From an uncultured Anaerolineae bacterium (GTDB taxonomy: Bacteria > Chloroflexota > Anaerolineae > Anaerolineales > UBA11858), in contig CALCSH010000025.1 in assembly GCA_937893815.1 (NCBI GenBank), positions 1 through 32,071 on the forward strand: a stretch of DNA of 32,071 nt, written 5' to 3'. Every line of letters starts with the position of its first letter. The stretch's first letter is position 1. The notes beneath the pieces are model-generated. The model was given only the letters and a program-made list of their open reading frames with translations. It was not told where the DNA came from and searched no databases. The position numbers and the translations under genes are program-made. Shown here in pieces: positions 16,076 through 24,530 of the stretch.

Positions 16076-19000
16076 ATGATGTTGATAAATACCAGAAACT
16101 TTTCACCACGAAGGATACGAAGAACCACAAAGAAAGACTTTGTGAATCTTCGTGCCCTTCGTGGTTTATTCGTTTTTACTGTCTTTTTGTTGGTGGGTTG
16201 TACTGCGCCCCCGGTGGCAACATCTTCGCCCACCGCGGCGAAAAGTGAATCAACACCAACAGAAACCGTGCAGGTTGTAGTTCCACCCATGGCGCAATTT
16301 TCGCAAATCTTAGCCGGTGTAGATGGCAATAACAACTACGACTTCATTGAATTGAGTAACCCAGGCAGCGACGCCCCCTTCGATCTACGTGGCATGTCGC
16401 TGTGGTATCAACTCGCCGATGGCGGTGAAGCCGAACTGGTTTATCAATGGGATGAGCATGCTCTGATTCCGCCAGGCGGATTCTATCTTTTAGGACGCGC
16501 CGTCGAAGATTATGGCCTGCCCGTGGAGGCTTTTATTGAAACGCCACTGGTACCCCAACGCGGCGGACTGCAATTGCGCGCCGCTGATAATACTGTGCTG
16601 GATTCGTTGGTGTGGGGAAATGGCCCGCAAACTGATTTTGGCGTTGTTTCCGTCCAGGCGATGTCTAATGGAGTCGCTTTGGTGCGCAACCGGGGTGCAT
16701 TCGTCCTCAATTCGGCACTTGCGCCGCGCAACACAACTTTGTTCGGCGATCTCCAAATTGCACTGGAAGCTCCAGCGACGGTCAACCCTGGCGAAGAATT
16801 TATCTATTCTCTCACCCTACGCAATGTTGGCGCAGTTCCGGCCAGCGGCCTGACCGCTCAAATTCCCATCGCCAATGATTTCGAAATTATTGCACTGGCT
16901 CCCGATATGCAGCTTGTCGATCAGGCGGCTTTCTTTGGTCTGGATGCGCTTGGCGAGACGCACCAGATCATCTTGCTGCCCATCGATACTCTCGCCGCCG
17001 GTGAGACGCGCTCCTCTGAAATTAGGCTCAAAGCGCCTTGGACTTATCTCACGATGACCGCGGCCAATATCACCCTGGCTGATGCCAGTGGCGCATGGCT
17101 GGCGCAGGCTGGCACGCAGCGAACCGCTGTGGCCGGGGGCGCAATTCCAATCGGCACGGCGCGGGGAATGGCGAATCAGGAAATTATTGTTGAAGGCATT
17201 GCCACGATGTATTCCGGCGGCTACTATGCTGGCAGCGGCAACACCAAATTCTATATCGAAGATGAAACCGGTGGCTTGCAGGTTTGGGTGGATGATGGCG
17301 AAACCGATGTGCATGTGGCGTTGGGGGACCGCGTGCGCGTGCGTGGCATGTTGCTGGTCTATCGAAACGCCATGGAATTGGCACCAACATCCGCGGGCGT
17401 AGAAGTTATCGAAAAAGGTACGGATGCCGCATCCTGGCCCGCTTTGACAGTTAGCGTCGAGGACGCCGCCAATGATGCGCAGCATCTCGCTGGAAGGCTG
17501 ATTCAGACCGAGGGAACAGTTGCCCGCATCGAGGAGTTCAGCTACAGCTATGAGATCGACCTGGTAGACGAGTCCGGAAATCTGGCGAGCATCTATGTTG
17601 ATAAACTCACCGAAATCAACATGGAAGCCATCCAGAGCGGTGAAACCTACCGCGTCACCGGCGTGGTTGAAGTCACTGATGATACCCCACGGATTTACCC
17701 GCGCATCCAGAGCGATTTGGCGAAGGTCTATCCGCCGGTTCTGGAGGTTGTGATCAATGCCCCGGCGGCGGTAAAGGCTGGCGAAGAATTCAGCGTAACT
17801 CTGACCATCACCAACTACACACCCGACATGCTGACCGATGTCGCCGTGACGGCCCCCTTGCCCGCATACGATTTTCGAGTGCTGGCGATTGCTGACGGGG
17901 GCGTAGAAGAGAACAAAACGATCACCTGGACGATTCCGCAGTTGGCCGCGGAAGGCGGCGCAGTCCGTGTTTCGTATCAGGCGCTGCTGGTGACCCGTCA
18001 GGCTTCGATTCAGTTGAAGCCCGCCCAGGCCAGCGCCGAGGGGGTGGAGCCTGCCGAGAGCCTGGCGCTGGATGTTTTCATTGGCGATCAGGTGCCAGTA
18101 TGGGCCATTCAAGGGGTGGGTGAGCGCTCGCCGTATGTTGGCGAAAGCGTGACCACGACTGGCGTTGTCACCGGTATTTTCCCCGCGCTGGATGGCTTCT
18201 GGATTCAGTCCAAAGAAACCGACTATGATTCCCGGACTTCGGATGGTCTGTTTGTGTGCCGCGGGGCGCTGGCTGACGATCTGCGGCCCGGCGATTGGGT
18301 GCAGGTCAGTGGCGTGGTGCGTGAGGCCTACCAGCAAACCTGCCTGGAAATCGCTGCTGCACAGGATGTTGTCACGCTCAGTTCAGCCCATACGCTACCC
18401 GTGGCCGAAGAATTGAATCCACCCGCCGAGATAGAAGCGTCACTGGCGTATTACGAGAGTCTGGAAGGTATGTTCGTGCAGATCACGCAAGCGGCCTTCG
18501 TTGTCGCCCCCAGCAATCGCTATGGTGAATATACCCTCGTGCGCGCCGATCAGGGTGTAACGCGCTTGTGGCAAGGCCAGGAGAACGGCAACGCAATTGT
18601 CGTAGATGACGGCAGTAATATCGCCCACGATGACCGCTCCACGATGGCCTATGTCGTCAACAGCGGCGATCAAGTTACCAATCTCATTGGGCCGCTGGCA
18701 TTCACTTATGGACAGTACAAAATTGAGCCGGTGGCGAAGCCTGCCGTGCTGGCCGTGCAAGCTGATTTGCCCAGCCTGCCTGCCCTGGCAACTGACGAAT
18801 TCAGCCTGATGACCTGGAATGTCGAGAATCTCTTCGATTTCACCGACCCGCATCCCTCCAGCCCGCCCATGCCGTCAATTGACGAATATCGCATTCAGAT
18901 CGCCAAAGTAGCCAACACCATCGTGGCTGCTGGAGCGCCGATCATCGTGGGTTTGCAAGAAGTCGAGAATATCGGCATTTTGGAAGATATTGTTGCCCAG

Positions 19001-19630
19001 GAAGCGCTGGCCGGGTACGACTATCAGGCGGTGTTGATCGAGGGTACCGATAGCCGTTATATCGATGTTGGCTATCTGGTGCGCGGCGATCAGGCCCAAA
19101 TTCTGCGCCAGGAGCAGTATCCCGCCCCGGATGGCCTCACCAGCCGCCCGCCGTTGCTGGTAGCGGTGGAAATTGTCACATCGCAGGGTGCACAGACGTT
19201 ATTCCTATTGAACAATCATTTTACTTCGATGAGCGGTGGCGAAGCGGCCACCGAGCCGCGTCGCAATGCACAAGCGGCCTGGAATGTGAGTGTGATGCAA
19301 GAACTTCTGGCGGATGAGAGTGGTCTGTTGGCCGTGATGGGCGACTTGAACTCGTATTATGATTCGCTCCCGATTGAAACTTTGCGGCAGGCCGGGTTGG
19401 TGCATGTTTTCGAGGCAATTCCCGCCGAGGCGCGCTATACTTATATCTATCAGGGGCAATCCCAGGTGCTCGATCATATTCTGGTGACGCCCCCATTGAT
19501 GGCGCTGCTGCGTCGGGTGGATGTACTCCACGTCAATGCCGACTACGCCCTGCCCGCCGCGGAGGACACCTCCCCGTTGCATAAATCGGATCATGATCCG
19601 GTGGTAGCGGTGTTTGCGGTGGCGCCTTAG
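16076..19630 (+). CDS. ExeM/NucH-family extracellular endonuclease, predicted lipoprotein (LTD + CARDB-like repeats + OB folds + EEP nuclease domain)
   Basis: The lipobox is FLLVGC. A lamin-tail-like domain (LTD) follows (NYDFIELSNPGSDAPFDLRGMSLWY). Two CARDB/DUF11-like repeats are present (VNPGEEFIYSLTLRNVG and VKAGEEFSVTLTITNYT), then OB-fold-like segments (FYIEDETGGLQVWV). The C-terminal endonuclease/exonuclease/phosphatase (EEP) domain runs from FSLMTWNVENLFD to SDHDPVVAVF. The start is ambiguous: ATG 16076 abuts the upstream TAG, whereas in-frame GTG 16142 gives a textbook 20-aa lipoprotein signal (M)NLRALRGLFVFTVFLLVGC. Confidence 0.85.
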   Translation: MMLINTRNFSPRRIRRTTKKDFVNLRALRGLFVFTVFLLVGCTAPPVATSSPTAAKSESTPTETVQVVVPPMAQFSQILAGVDGNNNYDFIELSNPGSDAPFDLRGMSLWYQLADGGEAELVYQWDEHALIPPGGFYLLGRAVEDYGLPVEAFIETPLVPQRGGLQLRAADNTVLDSLVWGNGPQTDFGVVSVQAMSNGVALVRNRGAFVLNSALAPRNTTLFGDLQIALEAPATVNPGEEFIYSLTLRNVGAVPASGLTAQIPIANDFEIIALAPDMQLVDQAAFFGLDALGETHQIILLPIDTLAAGETRSSEIRLKAPWTYLTMTAANITLADASGAWLAQAGTQRTAVAGGAIPIGTARGMANQEIIVEGIATMYSGGYYAGSGNTKFYIEDETGGLQVWVDDGETDVHVALGDRVRVRGMLLVYRNAMELAPTSAGVEVIEKGTDAASWPALTVSVEDAANDAQHLAGRLIQTEGTVARIEEFSYSYEIDLVDESGNLASIYVDKLTEINMEAIQSGETYRVTGVVEVTDDTPRIYPRIQSDLAKVYPPVLEVVINAPAAVKAGEEFSVTLTITNYTPDMLTDVAVTAPLPAYDFRVLAIADGGVEENKTITWTIPQLAAEGGAVRVSYQALLVTRQASIQLKPAQASAEGVEPAESLALDVFIGDQVPVWAIQGVGERSPYVGESVTTTGVVTGIFPALDGFWIQSKETDYDSRTSDGLFVCRGALADDLRPGDWVQVSGVVREAYQQTCLEIAAAQDVVTLSSAHTLPVAEELNPPAEIEASLAYYESLEGMFVQITQAAFVVAPSNRYGEYTLVRADQGVTRLWQGQENGNAIVVDDGSNIAHDDRSTMAYVVNSGDQVTNLIGPLAFTYGQYKIEPVAKPAVLAVQADLPSLPALATDEFSLMTWNVENLFDFTDPHPSSPPMPSIDEYRIQIAKVANTIVAAGAPIIVGLQEVENIGILEDIVAQEALAGYDYQAVLIEGTDSRYIDVGYLVRGDQAQILRQEQYPAPDGLTSRPPLLVAVEIVTSQGAQTLFLLNNHFTSMSGGEAATEPRRNAQAAWNVSVMQELLADESGLLAVMGDLNSYYDSLPIETLRQAGLVHVFEAIPAEARYTYIYQGQSQVLDHILVTPPLMALLRRVDVLHVNADYALPAAEDTSPLHKSDHDPVVAVFAVAP
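16105..16165. repeat. 61-nt imperfect palindromic element (CACGAAGG family), copy 1
   Basis: It has three nested stems: ACCACGAAGG/CCTTCGTGGT (16105-16114 with 16156-16165), ACGAAGA/TCTTCGT (16117-16123 with 16147-16153) and CACAAAG/CTTTGTG (16126-16132 with 16138-16144). Related copies lie at 27446-27497 and 30603-30656. This copy lies inside the annotated 5' end of the nuclease ORF. Confidence 0.65.
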
Positions 19631-19635
19631 AACCA

Positions 19636-19668
19636 AAACCTGACAGGTCTCACAGACCTGTCAGGTTT
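19636..19668. repeat. Perfect 15-bp stem / 3-nt loop hairpin built from two AACCTG-N-CAGGT units; possible terminator of the nuclease gene
   Basis: AAACCTGACAGGTCT-CAC-AGACCTGTCAGGTTT begins 6 nt after the nuclease stop. Only a 3-T tail is present, so terminator function is uncertain. It shares its core with 2253-2271 and 2333-2348. Confidence 0.6.
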
Positions 19669-19684
19669 CGATGAGGAAAACCCT

Positions 19685-20983
19685 ATGAATATAGCCATCA
19701 TCGGAGCCGGAATTGCGGGTATGTCTGCCGCCTATGATCTGGTGCGCGCCGGGCATGCGGTGACCATCTATGAGGCCAGCGAGCAGGTGGGCGGTTTGGC
19801 CTCGGGATTCAAAGAACCTCACTGGGACTGGTCGGTGGAGAAGTTTTACCATCACTGGTTCGCCTCCGATACCCACATGTTGGGTCTGATCGAAGAACTT
19901 GGACGGAGCGAAAAAGTGCTCTTTCCGCGCCCGTATACCGTGCTGCTGCACAATGGAAAATGGTACCCCTTCGATTCGATTACTCAGGCGCTGCTTTTCC
20001 CCGGGTTGGGCTGGGGGCTGGATAAAATTCGCTTTGGGCTGGTGGGCGTCTATCTGCGCCTGACAAAGAACTGGCGCAGCCTCGAGAAAGTCACCGCCCA
20101 CGCCTGGATGCAGAAATGGGCCGGGAAGCGCGTGTACGAGAAGATGTGGGAACCGCTGTTGATTGGTAAATTTGGCCCGCATTACAAGGATGTACCGATG
20201 TCCTGGTTTTGGGCGCGGTTGCATGCGCGCACCACGCGCCTGGGCACCTACCAGGGCGGATTCCAGGCTTTTTGTGATGACTTCGCTGAAATTCTGCGCG
20301 GACTGGGAGTGGAATTTCAGATGAATACGCCGATTGGGCAGATTCGTCAAAGTGATGAAAGGCTGATTTGTCAGTTTGACGGACGACCGACGACGGACGA
20401 CCGGGCAACATACGACAAAGTGCTTTCCACCACCTCCCCGGCTTTGATGACAAAGCTGGCCCCCGATTTGCCCGACGAGTACCTGCGCGGCTTGTTAAAT
20501 CTAAAATCGATGGGGGCGGTAGTGCTGACGCTTGCGTTGAAGCATCAACTTTCGGAAGACGGTTTTTACTGGTTTAGCGTGCCCAAGGATGCCGGGTACC
20601 CCTTCCTGGCGTTGGTAGAGCACACGAATTATGTTTCGGCGGAGAATTTTGGCGGCGACCACATTGTCTACTGCGGGGATTATCTCGAAACCGATCACCC
20701 CTATTTCGAGTTTAGCCAGGATCAACTTTTAGAGCAGTATCTGCCTGCTTTGCGGCGATTCAACCCCAACTTCCAGCCCGATTGGGTCATCAAAAGCTGG
20801 CTGCACCGCACCCGGTATGCCCAGCCCGTGCCTGAGATCAACCACTCCCGCAATATTCCTGAGATCAAGACGCCGATTCCCGGGCTGTATTTTGCCAGCA
20901 TGAGCCAGGTTTATCCCTGGGACCGCGGTACCAACTTCGCCGTGGAAATTGGCCGTCGGGCGGCAGGTCTGATGATGGACTAA
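19685..20983 (+). CDS. NAD(P)/FAD-dependent oxidoreductase (amine oxidase / phytoene desaturase-like superfamily)
   Basis: The 432-aa product has an N-terminal Rossmann motif (IAIIGAGIAGMSAAYDLVRAGHAVTIYEASEQVGGL). A GAGGA SD lies 8 nt upstream. The substrate cannot be inferred. Confidence 0.8.
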   Translation: MNIAIIGAGIAGMSAAYDLVRAGHAVTIYEASEQVGGLASGFKEPHWDWSVEKFYHHWFASDTHMLGLIEELGRSEKVLFPRPYTVLLHNGKWYPFDSITQALLFPGLGWGLDKIRFGLVGVYLRLTKNWRSLEKVTAHAWMQKWAGKRVYEKMWEPLLIGKFGPHYKDVPMSWFWARLHARTTRLGTYQGGFQAFCDDFAEILRGLGVEFQMNTPIGQIRQSDERLICQFDGRPTTDDRATYDKVLSTTSPALMTKLAPDLPDEYLRGLLNLKSMGAVVLTLALKHQLSEDGFYWFSVPKDAGYPFLALVEHTNYVSAENFGGDHIVYCGDYLETDHPYFEFSQDQLLEQYLPALRRFNPNFQPDWVIKSWLHRTRYAQPVPEINHSRNIPEIKTPIPGLYFASMSQVYPWDRGTNFAVEIGRRAAGLMMD

Positions 20984-21028
20984 AAATTTCCATCCACAAT
21001 TTTCACCGCGGAGAACATGGTGAATCGC

Positions 21029-21036
21029 TGTATAAT
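21029..21036 (+). promoter_or_regulatory. Candidate extended -10 box TGTATAAT (distal copy)
   Basis: The 9-mer TGTATAATC occurs twice, 46 nt apart, upstream of the TPR gene. Confidence 0.3.
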
Positions 21037-21074
21037 CACTCGAAATCCGTGTGTCTGGATTCTGCAGTGGTTGG

Positions 21075-21082
21075 TGTATAAT
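21075..21082 (+). promoter_or_regulatory. Candidate extended -10 box TGTATAAT (proximal copy) for the TPR/J/GrpE/Hsp70 operon
   Basis: TGTATAAT lies 25 nt upstream of the ATG at 21108. GGAG (21097-21100) lies between them as the SD. Confidence 0.4.
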
Positions 21083-21107
21083 CGTGTCGCTTTTCTGGAG
21101 ACCCGAC

Positions 21108-23330
21108 ATGGCAAAAAAACGAAGCAAATCTCGCAAAAAATCCGCTCAGAGTGCAGCGGCACTGCGTCTTAATGGCTTAAGAGCTTTTCAGGGTGGTGAT
21201 TACGAACAGGCTATCCAAACCTGGGAACGGATACCCGAATCTCAGCAGCCAATACCGGCCCTGGCGGAAACTTATTTCCGGCGAGGGCTGGAGCGCTTCT
21301 ATGGTTCCGTTTCTCAGCCTCAAGATGCTTTGAAAGATTTTCAAAAAGCCGCCGAAATCCAACCCGAAGATCCGTGCTATGCCTTTCACCTGGGATTGGC
21401 CTCTCATCATCTGAGCGACATCCCGCAGGCCATTCAGTCGTACCGGCTGACGCGCCGGACTGCCGGGCCTTATGCAAAGCGTGCTGCCTACCCGCTGGCT
21501 CTGGCGCTGCTCCAACAGGGGCAAGACCCAAGCGTTGATGCGGTGTGGGCTGAATTGGGCGCCGATGAGCGAGTTATGCTGCAAGAGGCGGGCGTTTTTC
21601 GCCGCCGCCCGTACCAACTGGCTCCTGAAACGCCACAGCTATGGCGTGCATTGGCTGCCCTAGATGCAGGCGACCTCCTGGCCGCGCAAACAGGCCTGGA
21701 GGAATGCCCGGCAGCCACAGAAACCGAACAGGGTATTTTGCATTATTATCGCGGCGTGCTATCGGCTCAACTGGAAGAATGGGAATCTGCCCGCCGTGAA
21801 TGGCTGGCCGCTTATTCCTCTGGGCTTCGCGGCCAGCCATTGAAGCATAATCTGGCAGAGATATTTCACCGGGCGGCAGAAGACGCACTCCTGAACGGTG
21901 ATTCTCAGATTGCACTGGCTGCCGCGCAAGAGGCAGGTCGGCATAAATCAGAGGACAACGCGCTGAACGGGTTGTTGGCTCAAATTTACCAGCATTTGGG
22001 CTACCAGGCTGCCCTGGCCAGCCGATGGGAGCAGGCTCAAAACCACTGGCAAACGGCGGTTGAACTGGATAGCAGCAGTTTTCGATTGGCATATAATCTG
22101 GCGTTGGTTTACGAGCGCAGAGAAAACTATCTGTCAGCCGGTGAAACCTGGCGCGAGGCTTTACGTCGCCGCCCGCGCCGCGCCGACCATCCCGATGCCA
22201 TTTCCGATGAGCAGGTGGCCCGCCTGTGGCAGCGCACCGCCGAGGCGTACCGCCAAGCAGGTCAGTTGGATGAGGCCACCCGGGTTTATCAGCAAGCTAT
22301 CAAGTGGTCGCCCGAAAACCTCGATGTGCGCCTGAACATGGCTGAGAGTTTGTTATTCGATGGCCGGATTCAGGCTGCCCAAAACGAATTAGAGCGTATC
22401 CTCGAGCGGAATCCAGACCATGTCCCCACGTTGATCCGCCTGGGCGAGGTACTTTTTCGCAATCAGAATTGGTGGGTTAAAGCCGGTGCGCGGCGTCATT
22501 GGGAACACGCTCTGAAATTGCAACCGGCAAACCCACAGGTGCGCCAGGCTCTGGCGGAGTGGTACCTCGATCAGGCTGAAATTGATTATTCCTGGGATCG
22601 TTTCAAAGAAGCGATTGAAAACTACCAAAAATCACTGGAATATCAGCCCCATGATGCTTATCTATTAGCCTGTATTGCCAACTGTTTGATTCATTTGGGC
22701 GATCTGGAACAGGCGGGCGACTATGCCAACCAGGCCTTTGAACACGCCGGTAGCAATCTGGATATTCCCAACGAACTTCTGAGTGGATGGATCGCCGTAG
22801 ACAACCCGGAGCAAGCCTGGGAGACGATGAAACGATTCGAAGCGCAGAATAGCTCAATCCCCGGGGCCTTCTACCTCTCTCAGGCCGCCAAATGGTTGGA
22901 TGAAGACGATTTGGAGAATGCGACTTCCTGGCTGGAGCGCGCTGTTTCCCAAGCGGCCCCCGATGAAACGATCCTGTACCTGATTGGCGCGCGACTGATT
23001 GACTATGACGATGACCTGGCCCGCCAATATCTGGAACAAGCCATTGCTGCCCAACAAGTTCCCGGAAAGGCTCACCTGGCGTTGGCTCGTCTGGAAGCAG
23101 ACCTTAGAAATGTCAGAGAGAGTAAGAAGCATCTTAACGAGGCCGAGCGCATCGCCCGTACTACGAAAGACCGTGATCTGGCCGAGAAGGTGGAAATCGC
23201 TCGCATGATGTCTGGCGGCCCACAGGTTTTGATGCAACGGCTGATGGAGATGGGTTCCCCCGAGTTATTTGAGAGTTTCCTGAATTATTTTGACGACGAA
23301 TTTGCCCCGGATGAATTCTATGATGATTGA
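21108..23330 (+). CDS. Tetratricopeptide (TPR) repeat protein
   Basis: I prefer the start at ATG 21108 (MAKKRSKSRKK...), which has a GGAG SD 7 nt upstream. The 19-codon upstream extension in the track is Cys/Trp-rich and overlaps the promoter. About 740 aa carry many TPR-like helix pairs (for example ALKDFQKAAEIQPEDPCYAFHLGLASHH and AIENYQKSLEYQPHDAYLLACIANCLIHLGD). Confidence 0.85.
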   Translation: MAKKRSKSRKKSAQSAAALRLNGLRAFQGGDYEQAIQTWERIPESQQPIPALAETYFRRGLERFYGSVSQPQDALKDFQKAAEIQPEDPCYAFHLGLASHHLSDIPQAIQSYRLTRRTAGPYAKRAAYPLALALLQQGQDPSVDAVWAELGADERVMLQEAGVFRRRPYQLAPETPQLWRALAALDAGDLLAAQTGLEECPAATETEQGILHYYRGVLSAQLEEWESARREWLAAYSSGLRGQPLKHNLAEIFHRAAEDALLNGDSQIALAAAQEAGRHKSEDNALNGLLAQIYQHLGYQAALASRWEQAQNHWQTAVELDSSSFRLAYNLALVYERRENYLSAGETWREALRRRPRRADHPDAISDEQVARLWQRTAEAYRQAGQLDEATRVYQQAIKWSPENLDVRLNMAESLLFDGRIQAAQNELERILERNPDHVPTLIRLGEVLFRNQNWWVKAGARRHWEHALKLQPANPQVRQALAEWYLDQAEIDYSWDRFKEAIENYQKSLEYQPHDAYLLACIANCLIHLGDLEQAGDYANQAFEHAGSNLDIPNELLSGWIAVDNPEQAWETMKRFEAQNSSIPGAFYLSQAAKWLDEDDLENATSWLERAVSQAAPDETILYLIGARLIDYDDDLARQYLEQAIAAQQVPGKAHLALARLEADLRNVRESKKHLNEAERIARTTKDRDLAEKVEIARMMSGGPQVLMQRLMEMGSPELFESFLNYFDDEFAPDEFYDD

Positions 23331-23739
23331 TTCACTTTCCCAAATTCCCGATCCCGGCCAGGAGCGAAAACAGTCGGCACATGAACGCCAACCAGACCTG
23401 ACCAGTAGCGATCCGTATACCGTTTTGGGCTTGCCGAGCCGCGCCCCGGCCCGCGAAATTAAGCGCAAATACTTCGAATTGGTGCGCCAATACCCCCCCG
23501 AAACACATGCCGATGAATTCAAACTGGTAAGAGCGGCCTATGAAAAACTGCAAACTGAAGAGGCCAAAGCCGAAACTGATCTATTCTTATTTCAACCCCC
23601 GCCCCCCTGGGAGCCTCGCAAGCGCGCCTCAAAATTTGATCTGGCGTTTGATCCGCAAGACATTTGGCTGCTACTGCAAAGCCACGCCGATCTGGGGGCC
23701 GTCGATTTCACAGCCGATTATCGTCAGGTGAAGATATGA
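23311..23739 (+). CDS. J-like domain protein lacking the HPD tripeptide
   Basis: DPYTVLGLPSRAPAREIKRKYFELVRQYPPETHADEFKLVRAAYEKL aligns with J-domain helices I-III, but it has PPE where HPD is expected. The start is ambiguous (TTG 23290, ATG 23311, 23320 or 23323), and all candidates overlap the end of the TPR gene. Confidence 0.7.
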   Translation: MNSMMIDSLSQIPDPGQERKQSAHERQPDLTSSDPYTVLGLPSRAPAREIKRKYFELVRQYPPETHADEFKLVRAAYEKLQTEEAKAETDLFLFQPPPPWEPRKRASKFDLAFDPQDIWLLLQSHADLGAVDFTADYRQVKI

Positions 23740-24437
23740 GCAATCATCGCCAGGTCTGGGAAACCCTGAGCCATCTTCTCAATCGGCTGGAAGGTGATGT
23801 AAGTGGCCCGAACGATACGACGCCAGCGCCAGAATCAGGGGATGGGCTGGTCAATTTAGAAAAAGAAGTTCGCAAACTTGGAAAAACCCAATTCAAGGCA
23901 AATGCTCTGGTTGAGGATCAATCTGCTCATCTCGAAAAAATAGTAGCCAGTACACAGTCGGCCCAGGAACAAAACACCCGCCTGCTGGAGATGTTGGCAG
24001 AAAATCACACCGCAGCAGCCCAGAAAGACCTGCTCGAAGCCTTGCTGCCAGCCCTGGATGGATTGGACAACGCCATCTCGAGCGGGCAGCATTACCTGGC
24101 AAAACGCGATCTGGCAGCCCGCAGCGCGACGATTTCCCCGGCGCAAGCTGTGCTGGTTTCCCCTGCCGATCGTGCGATCTTGGCCGGATGGTTGGATGGC
24201 TTACGTCTGGTACGCGAACGCCTGCTGGCAATTCTCGAAGCCGGCGGGGTAACGCCCATCCCGTCAGTGGGTTTGCCATTTGACCCGTACCAACATGTTG
24301 TCGTCGGTAAAACGCCCCAGGTTGCCTCTGGCATACAACCCACCCCTGGCATCATCACTGCGGAAGAACGCTGCGGCTACCGCTCTCCGGCTGGCGTTCT
24401 GCGTTATGCCGAAGTGATCGTTTACCGGGCAGATTAG
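23736..24437 (+). CDS. grpE: GrpE-like nucleotide exchange factor (divergent)
   Basis: I prefer the start at ATG 23736 (MSNHRQ...), which forms an ATGA overlap with the upstream stop. A long helical N-terminal half is followed by a GrpE-type C-terminal beta domain (GVTPIPSVGLPFDPYQHVVVG ... GYRSPAGVLRYAEVIVYRA). Confidence 0.7.
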   Translation: MSNHRQVWETLSHLLNRLEGDVSGPNDTTPAPESGDGLVNLEKEVRKLGKTQFKANALVEDQSAHLEKIVASTQSAQEQNTRLLEMLAENHTAAAQKDLLEALLPALDGLDNAISSGQHYLAKRDLAARSATISPAQAVLVSPADRAILAGWLDGLRLVRERLLAILEAGGVTPIPSVGLPFDPYQHVVVGKTPQVASGIQPTPGIITAEERCGYRSPAGVLRYAEVIVYRAD

Positions 24438-24468
24438 AACGACTATGACTCTCTGAGATTTTGCGTGG

Positions 24469-24530
24469 TATTCTCCATATCTGGACATTACCACGCGAAC
24501 TCTCAAAAAACAAACGCTATATGGAGAATA
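24469..24530 (+). promoter_or_regulatory. Inverted repeat able to sequester the Hsp70 SD sequence (candidate translational control element / RNA thermometer)
   Basis: TATTCTCCATAT (24469-24480) is the exact reverse complement of ATATGGAGAATA (24519-24530). The second arm contains the only SD-like sequence (GGAG 24523-24526) before the ATG at 24538. A second stem, GCGTGGTA (24463-24470) with TACCACGC (24489-24496), is adjacent. Confidence 0.45.

Noticed and set aside
16817-18337. 506-aa minus-strand ORF inside the nuclease gene
   Set aside because: It is antisense to a CDS with multiple recognisable domains. Its product is Arg/Gly/His/Gln-rich low-complexity sequence with no motifs, typical of a spurious antisense frame in GC-rich coding DNA.
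19661-20350. 229-aa minus-strand ORF opposite the FAD oxidoreductase gene
   Set aside because: It is antisense to a CDS with a clear Rossmann motif and SD. Its product is His/Arg/Pro/Gly-rich with no recognisable features.
21051-21107. 19-codon N-terminal extension of the TPR ORF (MSGFCSGWCIIVSLFWRPD)
   Set aside because: It overlaps the TGTATAAT box and precedes the GGAG SD that serves ATG 21108. It is Cys/Trp-rich, unlike the rest of the protein.
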